This document shows, piece by piece, positions 47,601-60,833 of a DNA stretch of 64,000 nt (positions within the stretch are counted from its first letter, which is position 1; each line of letters opens with the position of its first letter). The translations under genes were made by a program, and so were the position numbers. The notes under the pieces are model-generated. The model saw only the letters and a program-made list of their open reading frames with translations, was not told the origin of the DNA and ran no database searches. Source of the DNA: Lingula anatina (taxonomy: Eukaryota; Animalia; Brachiopoda); NCBI GenBank assembly GCA_051362555.1, contig CM120645.1:15314001-15378000 (forward strand), written 5' to 3'.

Positions 47601-48166
47601 CATAGCTGTCAGTAACTTCCTGAGACCTTTTTCTGGTGGTATAAACTGCTATAAAAATTTACATTTCTTGTAACCGTCACATGCGGTTCAGTTGCCATCA
47701 TGTGACGTTCTATATAGAATACATACAGACAATGAATTTGAATCACTTGTTGACTGGCTGTTGACCTACATGCAGTCCACGCCTATCTTTTAATTTAGTA
47801 AAATTGAAAACCTCACACCCATGGTGTCAATTTAGGACAGTATGATAACAGCCTAACAAACTTATCAGTCTTGTCTAGTCGAACTAGTTCATATCAACAC
47901 ATAGTATCAATACACGGTGGACTTAACCTCATTTCAAAGTAGTCCCTTGGTGAAAGGATTTATGCTGATTAAGCCACAACTATCGGGTACAGCAGATCCA
48001 ACGCACAAGAAGTCTAGTGATCGACATGCAAAAAAAGTCATCAAGAGAAAATCTTAAAACTAGATATCAATATACTTACCTAGCAGTGGTATATGTTTAT
48101 CCTCCATAGAAGTAAGTGCCTTCATTTTTTGTCTAGATTTATTCTCCTATGCTTTAGGCTGTGGTC
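43231..48166 (-). pseudogene. MCM10: 5'-truncated MCM10 duplicate. Exons 48166-48080 (disabled), 47152-46997, 46770-46682, 46432-46170, 45338-45206, 44879-44740, 44531-44418, 44101-43953, 43619-43577, 43302-43231
   Basis: GT-AG exons with consistent phases splice to ...SEEFKRLLNAKSSH..QEKYFGELEKRE..VKCSVVVCKQCKY..KFFKCVPCGKRT..GCGEFKYEK..EKKGP..LLLRGVEEKFLR*, matching the metazoan MCM10 C-terminal zinc domain. The upstream exon has stops and no further 5' exons were seen. Confidence 0.88.
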
Positions 48167-48548
48167 CTGTATTATAAGAAAAGGTTATCAAGATGTTTGA
48201 CTATTTCAAAGTGAAAGAGGAAGCAAAAAGTTGGTGGAAAAAATATCACTAAAATAGGTATAAAGTGAAAGAATTAAAAGATTGGTCTTAAATTTAATAT
48301 ACATACATATGCATACACATACATATGTATACTTAAGGGATCTTTGCCCCCATATCCCCCCCCTGACAGAAAGCAATTTTATACTGAAAAATCAGTGTGT
48401 AACCTATCTCTGCACTTGGATTCACTGTTTTGTATGATTTAGTATTAAAAACAGGTCATGATATCTTGTGTGGCAATCCATTTTCTTGATATTTTCATAA
48501 GGAAATCTTGTTAAAAAGTACTTTTAATTAAGAATTTTTTTCATTTTT

Positions 48549-50202
48549 ATATACAGACACAGATGTGTCTGTACATATAGCCATCATCTGTGTCTGTTGT
48601 AGCCACCATGCACTTTCACTGGTAACATGTAAGTGGAAAAACCATTTTACCTTTTGGCTGTAAACTTACAGAACTGATGAATATACATCAAAGGCATGTC
48701 AAGTTTAAAAATCAGCATGATCGGGCCATTTGTTTAAAAGTTGGGCTGTTTTTTTTTTTTTCGCTTTTTTCAACATATATGAAACACTGATAACAGGTAA
48801 GAAAAACCGAAAGGCCTATAGTATTACAACCTACAGGAGTGATCAATCATACTAAAATTCACCTTGAGTTCGAAAATCGGCATGATCGGGCAATTTTTTA
48901 AAAAAGTTGTGTTTTTTTTATTGCTAGTTGATTATATAAAATGATGGTAAACTTGTCATCGTGTATTGTGTAATAAAGTGTCAAAAATGGAAATAAACTC
49001 ATATCATTGCAGTTTGTCAGCTTCAATCATTCACTATGTTCAAAATCTCAGAATGGAGCAAATTTGTCATTTAAAATTGTTGTATTGATATTTTCCTTAT
49101 TTGATCATATAAAAATGACAGTAAATTTTTATTTTATTTTATGTAAAAAGGTTGTTGAAAATGGAAATAAACTCTTCCTTGTTTACATTTGGCATTTTTA
49201 GTGTGTGACTGAACTTCCATGGGCTTGAGGACCTTTGCTAGTCACATTTTCTGAATATCCATGATACTTTTATTTTTTTTTATTATAATTATAATATTAA
49301 AAAAAAATTTTATTATAATTATATTATTAAAAATTGATGGCCATTATGCTGTTAAGCATTATGTAATATTGCATCAAAATTGTTTTTGGCACTGCCTTCA
49401 TAGCACCCTGAGCTTCAGAGATAACTTGCCACTAACCTCTTCACTATAGCCTATCTTCATCGTGTCAAGATAGGCTATAGTGAAGAGGTTAGTGGCAAGT
49501 TATCTCTGAAGCTCAGGGTGCTTCATAGTGACCATGTCAATTACTCTCCTTAAAGGAAAGAAACAGGGCTAAAATGCACCCTGGGTTAGCAATTGAAAGC
49601 AGTTTTTCTGGAATTGATTCATTTTTGTGAAATTTTTATTTTTCACATATTGGCATTTTCAGCATAGGACTTAGAACTCCCACGAGCATGAAGCCGAATG
49701 GTAATCAAATTCTTCAAATGTACAAGTTATTTACAGTAGATAATGAAAAATAATGTAATATTGCATCAAATTTGACAAAAAAAAAAAAATAAATAAATAA
49801 ATAATTTTGTGCTCTGCTACCACAAACATTATGAAAAGAACTTTGTTACTTATTCTTTTTACTAATTGCAAGAATGATTTTTAGGATTAACATACCACTC
49901 AAATTAGAAAACCTGCTCTATTAGATTATCTTTTCTAGTGAATTTATGCATTTTTTTTGGGAAATTTTCATTTTTTTTTCTCATTCTGGCAATTGTAAAA
50001 TGTGAATTTGAACTCTCATGGGCCTGAACCCTTATGCTTGTTACAAATTTTACTTACATCAGTATTACTGTTGTGCATAATTAAAATTTGATGTGGACTT
50101 TGCTTTTAAGTATGTATTATTCCATTAGAAATGATAGTGGCCTACTTTGTACATTATTAATTTCTGCTTTTTGTCTGTGCATTTGACAGCTTTGCTGCCT
50201 TG
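48549..50202 (+). mobile_element. Family-A HINE (~1.65 kb)
   Basis: Same 5' palindrome and insertion point as the 34136 copy, core repeats, and 3' end gtctgtgcatttgacagctttgctgccttg. Confidence 0.75.
49404..49520. mobile_element. 117-bp perfect hairpin MITE with 8-bp TSD (hAT-like)
   Basis: 54-bp perfect arms plus 9-nt loop, CA...TG ends, CTTCATAG at 49396-49403 and 49521-49528. Confidence 0.9.
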
Positions 50203-50327
50203 ATTTTTAGCATATTTTAATCCACTGTTATTCAAATAAGCTTTGCTCCTTTGTTTTGTATAATGTATTGTTATCAAATTTATATTTAACAAACATTCAT
50301 TTGATTTCTTCTTTGTAGAATTCCAGA

Positions 50328-52223
50328 ATGGATACTTACGAATTTAAGGAAAAAGAGGTACAGGACCTAAGCTTTGCCTATCAAATGATAAATGGCATAC
50401 ATCGGCTGAAGAAAGCCAACACTTTATCAGACATAACCATAGATGTTGCAGGGCAGAAATTCCAATGCCACAAAGTTGTTCTAGCTTCCATTTCAAGTTA
50501 TTTTGAAGTGATGTTTACAAGCTCTATGAAAGAGGAAAAATCTGCTGAAATTGCCATGAAAGGTATAGAACCTCTTGTATTTAAAACAATATTAGACTTC
50601 ACCTATACTGGAAAGTGCAAGATTTCCACAGAGAATGCACAAGCTGTAATGGATACTGCAAACATGCTTCAAATTTTTGCTTTGATCAAAATATGTGGCA
50701 AGTACATAGCAGAAAATCTAACTCCCCAAAACTGTTTGCCCCTTTGGCAGTTTGCAGATGCCATTGATTGCAGAGAGCTCATCCAGAAAACCATGCATTT
50801 TTCCTTAAAGAATTTTTTGCAAGTGCCATCTCCTTTGGTGGTATCCCTGTCAAAAGATTTCTTCATTCAATACATATCAAGTGATAGTTTGCACATTCAT
50901 TCGGAAGACAGTGTGGCTAAAATTGCTCTTCGATGGATAGAGGCGGAACCAGAAAGAAAGACTGATGCTGCTGAAGTTCTCTCCCATGTTCGGTTTTCCA
51001 TGTTAAGCTCAAGATATATGATGGTATTTTTGCAGCATGAGATCATAAGAAATAATGAACCAATTCTGAAGCTTATCCAACAAGCCCAACTTTTTCAGTC
51101 AGACCCTACCATGTACTTTGAGTTACCATATCCCCAAGCATCACCAAGGTATTCCTTGAAAAGACGAGAGTATGTCCTTCTTCTCACCACAACAAATGAT
51201 AGCACCTCTTCTTCTAGACAGACCTTGAGTTTGATCAGCCCAAAATGGGTATTGCAACAAAGAGAAATTAAGGGCTTTGGTGGTGCAGCCATTTGCAGCA
51301 GCACTGTCAACTCTGAGGTTTTTGTGTCTGGGGGAAAGGATAACCCAGAGAGATTGATCATGTACAAGGCTGAGCTTGGGCTCCAATGTGAAAAAGAGCT
51401 TGCAACAATGCTGACTAGAAGGCAAAACCATACTATGGTAATAATAGGTGGCTGTTTACATATTATAGGGGGTTTAGAGATTGTTTCTTCAACCAAAAAT
51501 GTTCAGACTGGTTTTGTCACAAATAGGCTTGAAGGAGGGTTCAGTTTTGGTGTTTCTGCCTCATTTGGTTTTGGTTCTTCTGCCACAATTCAACCTGCAC
51601 AAGTATCTACCACTGCAGTTTCCAAGATTGAAGTCTACAACATCCAGCAGAACAAGTGGAGACCAGCAGGTAATCTGCTTACTGGAGTTTGGCAACATGC
51701 CTCTGTCTCTTTTCAAGATAAAGTCTACACCTTTGGAGGGACAACTGACAAATCTGGCTCTCTGAAAGATGCCACTAACAAGGTTCAGATATACTCCTCG
51801 CAAACAGGAGAATGTGTGCTGGGCCCAGATATACCTTCAGCCATTTCCAAGTGCACTGCTACAGTGATGGAAGAGTCCATCTTTATCATTGGCTTGGAGG
51901 TAGAGATCAAGCCCCTGCCTAATTCTGAAGAACATGAAGAGGAACAGGATGATGATGAGGAAGTCTATGAAGAAAACCGAGTATTCTATCAGTTCGAGCC
52001 CCTAGATGGGGTGTGGATCAAACTCAACCCACCCACCAACATAAATTCAGCTCTTTGTACATTTCATGGAAAAATCTGGAATATTGTGGTTGGTTCTGAG
52101 ACCAAAGTTTACCTCTACAACCATCAGAATGATGTGTGGGAGGGTAATTCTGATGACTCTGAAGATCCAGATAAATCAGAAGATGTGAATAATTCAGTAA
52201 AGTGCATGCAGATAACTTACTAG
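50328..52223 (+). CDS. Kelch-like (BTB-BACK-Kelch) protein K4, 631 aa, single coding exon
   Basis: Same architecture. Acceptor tctttgtAG at 50318, ATG at 50328. Confidence 0.94.
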   Translation: MDTYEFKEKEVQDLSFAYQMINGIHRLKKANTLSDITIDVAGQKFQCHKVVLASISSYFEVMFTSSMKEEKSAEIAMKGIEPLVFKTILDFTYTGKCKISTENAQAVMDTANMLQIFALIKICGKYIAENLTPQNCLPLWQFADAIDCRELIQKTMHFSLKNFLQVPSPLVVSLSKDFFIQYISSDSLHIHSEDSVAKIALRWIEAEPERKTDAAEVLSHVRFSMLSSRYMMVFLQHEIIRNNEPILKLIQQAQLFQSDPTMYFELPYPQASPRYSLKRREYVLLLTTTNDSTSSSRQTLSLISPKWVLQQREIKGFGGAAICSSTVNSEVFVSGGKDNPERLIMYKAELGLQCEKELATMLTRRQNHTMVIIGGCLHIIGGLEIVSSTKNVQTGFVTNRLEGGFSFGVSASFGFGSSATIQPAQVSTTAVSKIEVYNIQQNKWRPAGNLLTGVWQHASVSFQDKVYTFGGTTDKSGSLKDATNKVQIYSSQTGECVLGPDIPSAISKCTATVMEESIFIIGLEVEIKPLPNSEEHEEEQDDDEEVYEENRVFYQFEPLDGVWIKLNPPTNINSALCTFHGKIWNIVVGSETKVYLYNHQNDVWEGNSDDSEDPDKSEDVNNSVKCMQITY

Positions 52224-53557
52224 CCAGACATGCTATGACACAAAGGGACTTAAATGTATGACCATATAGTATAGATAACTGTACTTAAAAAGGCTATAAA
52301 AATGTTTATTTTTCTTATGTAATTGTTTTATTCTGGATTGGTTATTAATTTGAAAAAACGACACTGATTTTATTTTAAATTGACAACTACTTCTGTTGTA
52401 CATGCCCCTAGAGAGGTTTATGAACAATCAACAGTCAAAGCAAAACTTGTTGGCCCCAAACCCAATATCAAGTAATAGTGAAGTGGGGCCAGCGATACTT
52501 ATAAAATCTGCGCATGCACTAGCAAACCAGGTGACCAATGTACAGCTATGGAGACCAAGATAGACATCTTAATTAAGAGTTTTTCAATATCACTTTGACA
52601 TCACCTTCAAACCTGAGGCAATTTTCTGTGACTGAAGATTAGAGTAGGTCACCAAAGGTGGTTCCCCAAGTGGTGGGAAGCCCAGTGTTTTAGCAAGAAT
52701 ATGGGTGGTTTAAATCTCAAAGACATACTTAGTTATATCAGAAAATACTACAATGTATCATATAACATAATATTACTATATGTATATTATTACATTCTAT
52801 CCCTGTATAATAATTCACTTAAATTGATGTGAAGAAAAACTAAAATTCTATTCACATTGTTTGTTACCTGCTAATAAACAAATTTAATTTTGATAAAACA
52901 GCTATTAGTAAACACCTAATTATTTCATGTTACACTACCTGCCATCATGCTGACCCCAAAAATTTAACTTGCTATTTGGTTAAAATTAAAAGAAGACTGG
53001 TAGCCTAAACAGATTTCATTAAAAAATGCTCTGAAAGCAATTAAATAAAAAAGTTTTAGTTCAACTTATTAATGTTTGAAATAATTTACCTGTGTGAAAA
53101 TTACTCAGGGCTTATGAAGGAATTATATCCTGATGTTTTGAGATGTTAGTCCCTTTTCACATTATGATGTGCACTTATCTGTATCACAATGTTTTGACTG
53201 GTCCTAAATTGTAATTATATTGCTTGGGGGAGGAGGGGCATGTTACATGTGTGGGTTCTGTTTATATGACTTTCATATGTAAAAGTCAGTCTATTACATT
53301 GTTAACATCTGAAATTGTTGGTGTGCAAATATGTATATCGCATGCTGTGAAAAGGGTAAGATCTTCAATGAAGTTATAAAATATCTCTCTCCTCACCTTG
53401 CTTGGAATTCAACTCTTTGTGAGCAGGTTTTTTTGTAGCCATTTTGCATATGGTATGTACAGAATTCTCCTTGACTCCTGAAAACATACTGCTGGTAACA
53501 AATATTGTTTTAAAAAGGTGTCTTTTTATATCCATATATGTTGTATAAATGACATCC

Positions 53558-53640
53558 AGGTGCAGGAGAGAAATTCTGATAAATCAGAAGATTATGAATC
53601 AGAATGGGATTCAGTTAAGTGCATGCAGATAACTTATTAG
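53558..53640 (+). pseudogene. Relic 3' end of an additional kelch paralog (more decayed copy at ~40810-40879)
   Basis: Translates ERNSDKSEDYESEWDSVKCMQITY*, matching the K2-K4 C-terminus SVKCMQITY*. Confidence 0.75.
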
Positions 53641-55630
53641 AAAGATATGCATGCTAGGACATAAAGATATGACACAGATTATAGATACTTGGTTTTTATA
53701 TTGAAAATAGTGAGAACTATATTTATCATATTGTTTTTGTGTCTTTTTTCTTTTTGTACTGTTTGGCATGGCGTAGCACATGACACAATGGCTTTTATTT
53801 TATGTGCTTAATGAGAAATAATTTTTTGAAAACAAAATCAACAAAAAAGATATTGCAGTTCAGAAACGCTTTGATTACAGTAAAGGGTTCTGAGATATTT
53901 CGAATAAAAATGACTAAATGGGATAGTCCTTTCCAGTTTAGACCTAAATATATCCAGTGGATTCACTGAATTTGAAAAAAAAGTTTTATATATATTGCTG
54001 TATTATCTCATTATATATTACATAATTATAAAGCACACACAAGTACTGATGAAGTGTTTTCATAGAATTGTAATTGTGAACTTGGGTTTTATTTACTTAT
54101 ACTGAAGTGTAGAAGACATGAGATTCTAATGACCTGTTAAGGTTTTTATAGAATTGTAAGCATATACTTGCCTTTATTTACTTCAACTGATGTGAAGAAA
54201 AAATGGGATTCTAATGACCTGTATAGTTTTTTATCAGCTGATTATGTCAACAAATTTATTTTGTCTAAAAATGGCTATTATTATAATCAAAACAGGTGAT
54301 TATCTACTACGCGTAGTAAGATCTCATGTCATTAATACCTGACATGATGCCTCAAAAGATTAACTTGCAATTTAGCAAAACTAAAATAATACTGGTTACC
54401 CAGGCAGATTTTGTGAAAAAGTATTATGAGAGCATTCAGTCATGTAAACTATATGCACAGCTTGTTTTAAAATAAATGTTCTCATTTACCTGTCTGAAAA
54501 TTGCTCAGGACTTATGAAGAATTTCTCTCCTGATGATTGATATGGCAAAAAACATCAGTCTTGTCCAGAGTTCATCTCTTTGTGTGCAGTGCTTTGTATC
54601 CATATGGGACATGGCTTGTACAGCATTCTCCTCGGTTCCTGAAATCCGAACACCAATATTGGTTACAAATATCCTGTCTTTTTCTATCAATATGTAAATA
54701 GGTATGCTTATGAATCAAGGGAGGATTTCTTACAGACAGACTTATCTGATAATTGATCGGTACTATACAGCTTACTTCAGTATTGTTTTTCATTGTGGCA
54801 AGTGGCATCCAGTTGTGGATGGGTTTGTAATGACCACTGTTTCATTTTTTACATCAGAATACAATGAACTAGAAAAATCTCTCACTTAAACTCGATTCTA
54901 TGTTGAAAAGATCCAAACAATGTGTACTTGTCTCAATAGTTTAGTAGTATTTTCAAATTTTCATACCTTTCCTGAATATATATCTGACACCTGTACCTTT
55001 TCAGAGGCAGGTATTGTTTAGGCATGGAGCGCAGTTCTGCAAATGCTTGAAACCTCCCCAAAACCTTCAGTCCTTTTTCACTAAATGTCCTCTTGTCTTT
55101 AACAGAGTTCACTCTTTATATACATTTTATGACCAACACCAGAAAGTAATAGATTTGTCTTTATTATAACATATTTGTAGGAAAATAATAATGGTGTATC
55201 AAATAAAAAATTACTGATACAGACAAATTGCCATTCCATTTCTATATAGTTTTAATAAAATAATAAAAACTAATTTGTTTGCCAAATGGATACAAATGTT
55301 TCTTTAATTGGACACTCACTGATACCATTGATAGCAATAATTAAATCACAGCTTACTAAGACCACGCTGTATCTCAGTATACAGCAAAATTGTTTCAAGT
55401 ATGGATACCACAACTGGGGATAATATTGTCCATGACTGAGGAGAAGCCATCATTATAGGTCTCAAACTCAAGGTGACATAGCTTGAACAGTTTCCATATC
55501 AAGTCTTCATTCATTAAATAATGATGATTTAGTTTGATTAAGTATCACAGAATGTTCCTTTTTATTGCTAGCTGTCAGTTAATAAATATCACCATCAGTC
55601 ATTTTATTTGCTGTTTCAAATCAGGAGATT

Positions 55631-58600
55631 TTATCTCAGGAATTTCTCCTCCACTCCTCGTAGTAAGAGTTTTTCACTGTCAAGTAGTGGTCCTTTTTTC
55701 TCCTAAAATAGCATATACATAAATAAGAATGTGTTTGGAGGCTCAATATAATTACATTGTATTCAGTACTTCATATCAATACAAAATGTTTCTCCCAATT
55801 GACTTGACAGACAACTAAATACTGGAGAACTCTAATTTTAATTTTTTCTTGAAGAGTTAAACTATTTCCATTCAAAAATATGAAAGTGTTATTTTTGTTA
55901 ATATCATTTAGACAGATGATATAAGTGCAGAAAAATCATATGGATTATCAGAAAAGCAAAATTCAGAGTTATTTACCTTCCACATAGACGTTTTCTCATA
56001 CTTGAATTCACCACAACCACTAGAATAAATATTGTGGCATTTTGTAATTCTTTCTTTTTAAAATTATTTTATTTTTATCATTTTCACAGGATTACAAGGA
56101 GTATACCCCCTCCCCCATCAGAGTACAAATTATCTTTATTACTGCACTATTTCCTCAATTATTCTGTTCATTAGTCAGAAATCATAAGCAAATATTAAAT
56201 TTTAAAAATTGGACTAGGTTATATGGAATTCATGAAAATGAGTGTTGGCTTGTCCAAAAACCATCTACATCAAGTCCAGTGTAACTAGAGTTTTCTATCC
56301 ATTCTTTAGTATAGCTATTTCATCTCTTATGACCTGTAAATTCCATTTTTACCTGCAGTTTTTGGTAGGAAGCATTCCAAATGCTATGGTTCTTTTACCA
56401 CAAGGTACACATTTGAAGAATTTTTTCATGGCTTCTTTTCGGACTAATGTGTGCCCTTCTTCCTTGCATCTGTCGGCCGCACTCTGTGCCATGTACTTAC
56501 ACTGCCAATACAAAAATTTATTTCAAAAAAAGATTCATTCTAAATCTAAGGTACGTGGTTTTAAAAAACTGTAGTTATGATATACAATTATATGTATATC
56601 TATGTGACAACCTGCATAGTAATTACAAGTTACTGTTATGACTGTTTCATTAAGTGCTACAAAAAAAATATATGAAAAAAAAATTACAATAAACATATTG
56701 GCATAAATCTTTATAAACTGTCCTAAATTAGGGCCTTGTTATCTTATAGCATTTTCAAGGTAAAATTTAAGGTAAAAAATGCACACACAAACTCTATTTC
56801 ACAGTCCAGCTGCTCACCTGTTTACACACTACCACTGAACACTTCACCTCCAATGTGGTGCTCATTTTATCTTCATACTTTTCACGTTTTTCAAGCTCAC
56901 CAAAATATTTTTCCTGTTGCTCCATCTCAATCTAAAATTATCAGACAAGCAGGAAATTGCAAGTTTTGGTAAAAATACCTAATTTCATAAAATAAAAGTA
57001 TAATACACTGCATCATAACTGGAGAAAAACAAAAACACTATCCTATTTCAAAAATAAATAAATAATAAAACATGCTGAATAAAATTGCAAGACAAGAAAA
57101 ATATCAAACAAAAACATGTGAAAGTACATTTTATGTTACCTCAGACACAGCGCCAGAGTGTGAAGATTTCGCAGTCAATAATCGTTTAAATTCCTCAGAA
57201 TTAGGATCAAGGTCACCTAATAACCTTGACCTTTTTTTAGGTGGTTCTGTAGAATTCCCGTTTTGTCCAGAACCAGTTTCTGTAATGGAAAAGAGACAGA
57301 GTACAAATTTACATATCACTGCAATAGTTTTGGTGAATATCTGTATCTTTGGAATGAGACAACAAAGGTGTCAGGAACATTTGCATAGAAAACAAGAAAA
57401 ATATTTTGATCACTTCAGTTTCCATTGTTAAAGGCTTTAACTGAGAGAAGAGAATTACTTACTCTTAATATCAAAATACTCATGTTTTTACTTCAGTACA
57501 CTGCAAACCATGGTGTCGTTGTATGGTCATATCTTGTAATAAATACTTTTGAACAAATTATCTTATATCATATTCAGTTTGAAATGAATAAGAAAATTAA
57601 TATACCTTTAGTTGCTTCTTCTTTGGCAAACCTTTTTCTTTTAGCTTCCAAAGTTTCCGGAGATTTTTTCTTCTTAATGGCATTAGGATCTTGTCTCTCC
57701 AGTCCACCCTTTGCCTGCACCTTGGCTACAGCTTTTTTCTATAGTTGAAAAATTACTGAATAATTCACAGCTCTAGGTACGCTTTTGGTAATTTCCTGCT
57801 TGCAAATATGTAAAAATCACTCAGAGAGAGCAGACCTTTACCAAGACAATTCAATTCTTATTCTAGTCAAATAATTAACTAGTAAGAACTAACCATTAAT
57901 CAATTAATGGATCATCAACAAAAAATCACTTTTAAGTTAGTCCACTTGTAAACCATCTTAAAAATATCATAAGCTTGTCACAAATGAACAAACAAACAGA
58001 TGCAAAAATATAACATATTGGTGGAGGTAAAAATCACATACATTAAAGGTACATACGAACCGAGCATCGGTGAAGCGTGGATTCCCAGTAACACATGTAA
58101 ACCACTTCTACTAGATTCTTATATGACTCAAATAAATTCGACATGTCAAGGGATAAACTGAATAGATCACTCGATCACCCATAAAAGACCTTTTGACTGC
58201 TCCTTTCCTTAAATTTATGGTTGTAAATTTAACCTACTTTTGTGACCTACTTTTCTGCCCCATTGACCAATACAGCTTAGAATGCCAGCAGAAAAATCCG
58301 TTCAAACATCATTTTCGGGTAAAATTAAACAATGCCTTTTGGTAATTCTCTTAGTTATACTACTTGAAACCATATGCTGGCATTTGGTTGGTTTTTGTGA
58401 CAAAAAATTGACTTTGTATGCATCTTTAATTCATACTCGATTCTTTATAATTAAAATTTGAGCTGAAAATTTGCATATCTATGCCAACTAAGAGTGATAA
58501 GTTTTGTATTGTAATTTTTATGATAATACGTCTTCAATATGCCAAATAATCATCACATAAGACATTTACCTTTGCAGCTGCCACACTATCATTTCTCCTT

Positions 58601-59558
58601 GCAGAAAGGGGTCTCTGCAAGGGGGAATCCTCGAGAAAAATTTCCCCCTTGTCGCCCCCCAATCCTTTCCCTAGTTGAGGAACGCAGTCAAGGGGGTTCA
58701 CATGCTGTTGAGGTACACCAGTGGTACCAGAGAGGGTTTTCTGTCTCTTCATCCTTTCTGCGTGCTCTCTCTGGGTTTGTTGTAACAGTTGCTTTGGAGT
58801 GATGGAAATGATTGGTTTGTTCTGTTTTTCAGCTGGAGAGAAGGAGAAAACAATGACCTCTGTATTACCTCAATGGCAAATCTTGTTACTAAAACGGCTG
58901 TTAATTTCAGCTAAACAAGAATTCCTTTGTAATTTTCAAAATCATGATGTGCTGTTCAGGAATAAAAGTCATTCATTAAAATTCAATAATATAGCTACCC
59001 AGCTGGTTCAGAGGGGTTCATCAATTTTCAGGAACAGGAAGCTTGTTGATCAGCTAAAATAGAAATTATGAAGGCACAAACCTTTGGCCCTTGCTTCAAT
59101 TCCATCCTTTTTCTCCAAATGTTTCACAAAATTCAAAGCACCAGCAGAAGGCGTGGAAATCAGATCATGACTAAATATAAATAAATAATGATAATGATAA
59201 ATTTTAAAAATTAAAAATCTAAACAATCAATTGCAAACTATCAATCAATAAGTGAATCAACTGTTTAAGAAAATATAAAATCCAGTTATAATTCAATGAA
59301 AAAATATAATTTTACATTGATACGATTTCAATCAATCAAACAAAATCTTGCTGACATATAAGTATCACCAAAAAACATCAGTGCTGTGGATTATGAACTT
59401 ACAGGGCCTTTTGCTTGTCTGACAGAGCTTTCAATTTGGCTTCATCTTGTGGCTGAATGGGGTGAAGAAAGCTCATTGTTGTTGCCTTTCCTTCCTTCAT
59501 ATTGTGTTGTTTGAGAGTCTGGATGGACACTTTGTCTTTCTTCTTCTGGGTCTTTACA
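55631..59558 (-). CDS. MCM10: MCM10, last nine coding exons (59558-59403, 59170-59082, 58832-58570, 57738-57606, 57279-57140, 56931-56818, 56501-56353, 56019-55977, 55702-55631); 5' part presumably beyond the window
   Basis: Open, phase-consistent GT-AG exons encoding the MCM10 C-terminal region. The upstream intron extends to the window edge. Confidence 0.88.
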
Positions 59559-60619
59559 CTGAGAAGAGAAAATACATTGAAAGTGAAAGAGACGAATAAA
59601 AAAAAAGTTTAAAAACAAAGAAATTATATTTGGCAAGTTATATGGTGAATGACAAAGGGTTAAACCATTTTTACCTTTTTATGCATATTACCGATTAATA
59701 GAAAGTTTACTTGTAATAGGATGAATTATACATCCAAATACCACAAAATCCCAAATACATTTGAAACACGAGTTCCACCAGTTGGAGCATTACACACCAG
59801 CAGGATAAGCTCCTAGTGCAGGTAGCCATGATAAAAAGTGTACAGTTGCACACAAAGGCTGATAATTTAATACATACATGTAAGCCCATATGTGAAACAA
59901 GGCAGCAAAGCTGTCAAATGTACAGACAAAAAACAGGAAAAAAAGATGCAAAATAGGTCAATTTGTCAATTTTGATGCAATAATAAATAATGCTTATAAT
60001 AGCACAGTCTGTCAACAGTGATTTTTAATCATGCACAACAGGTAACATGGTCAATAACAGGAGCAGATCCAGAGATATTTTCTGACAGTATTCCAAAGTA
60101 TCTATGTTGATCCATCCTCCATTTTGATGGTCTTCCAACAGAAAAAAAAATAGATACCAGTCAATATAAACTTAATAACCTGACTGTCTTCCGGAAGACC
60201 CAGAAGATGGTCTCAATCCACCCCTTCAATAAGATTACAGTTTCAGGACCATGAGAGACTAAAGTCACATGATGAAAGTCTCAATATTTGAAAAATGATG
60301 ACAGTGCATAAAATAATATAACATAATGTTTAAAGACATAAAAAACAATACAACTGCTTATGTGGAAATACAGAAAATGAGCAGAGCCTCAGGTGTATGG
60401 AAGTTATAAGTCACAAATGCCAGTGTTTGAGAAAAAAATTAACAAGGCAGCAATTGTTGATTATTATTGATTATTGTCCTCTTTGGCCCACTTCTGACAG
60501 TTCCTGAAAATTTCAGCAAAATCGGTCCATAACTTGTTGAGTTATGTTGATGACAGACAAACAGGGGTGAAAATATAACCTCCTTGGCAGAGGTAAATAT
60601 AATTCCAATGAAGCTGCTA

Positions 60620-60642
60620 TTCAAACTTTTAATCTTTGAGTT

Positions 60643-60704
<62 letters not shown>

Positions 60705-60741
60705 TAAGTTTATATATATTCAAACCTTTAATCTTTGAGTT

Positions 60742-60833
<92 letters not shown>

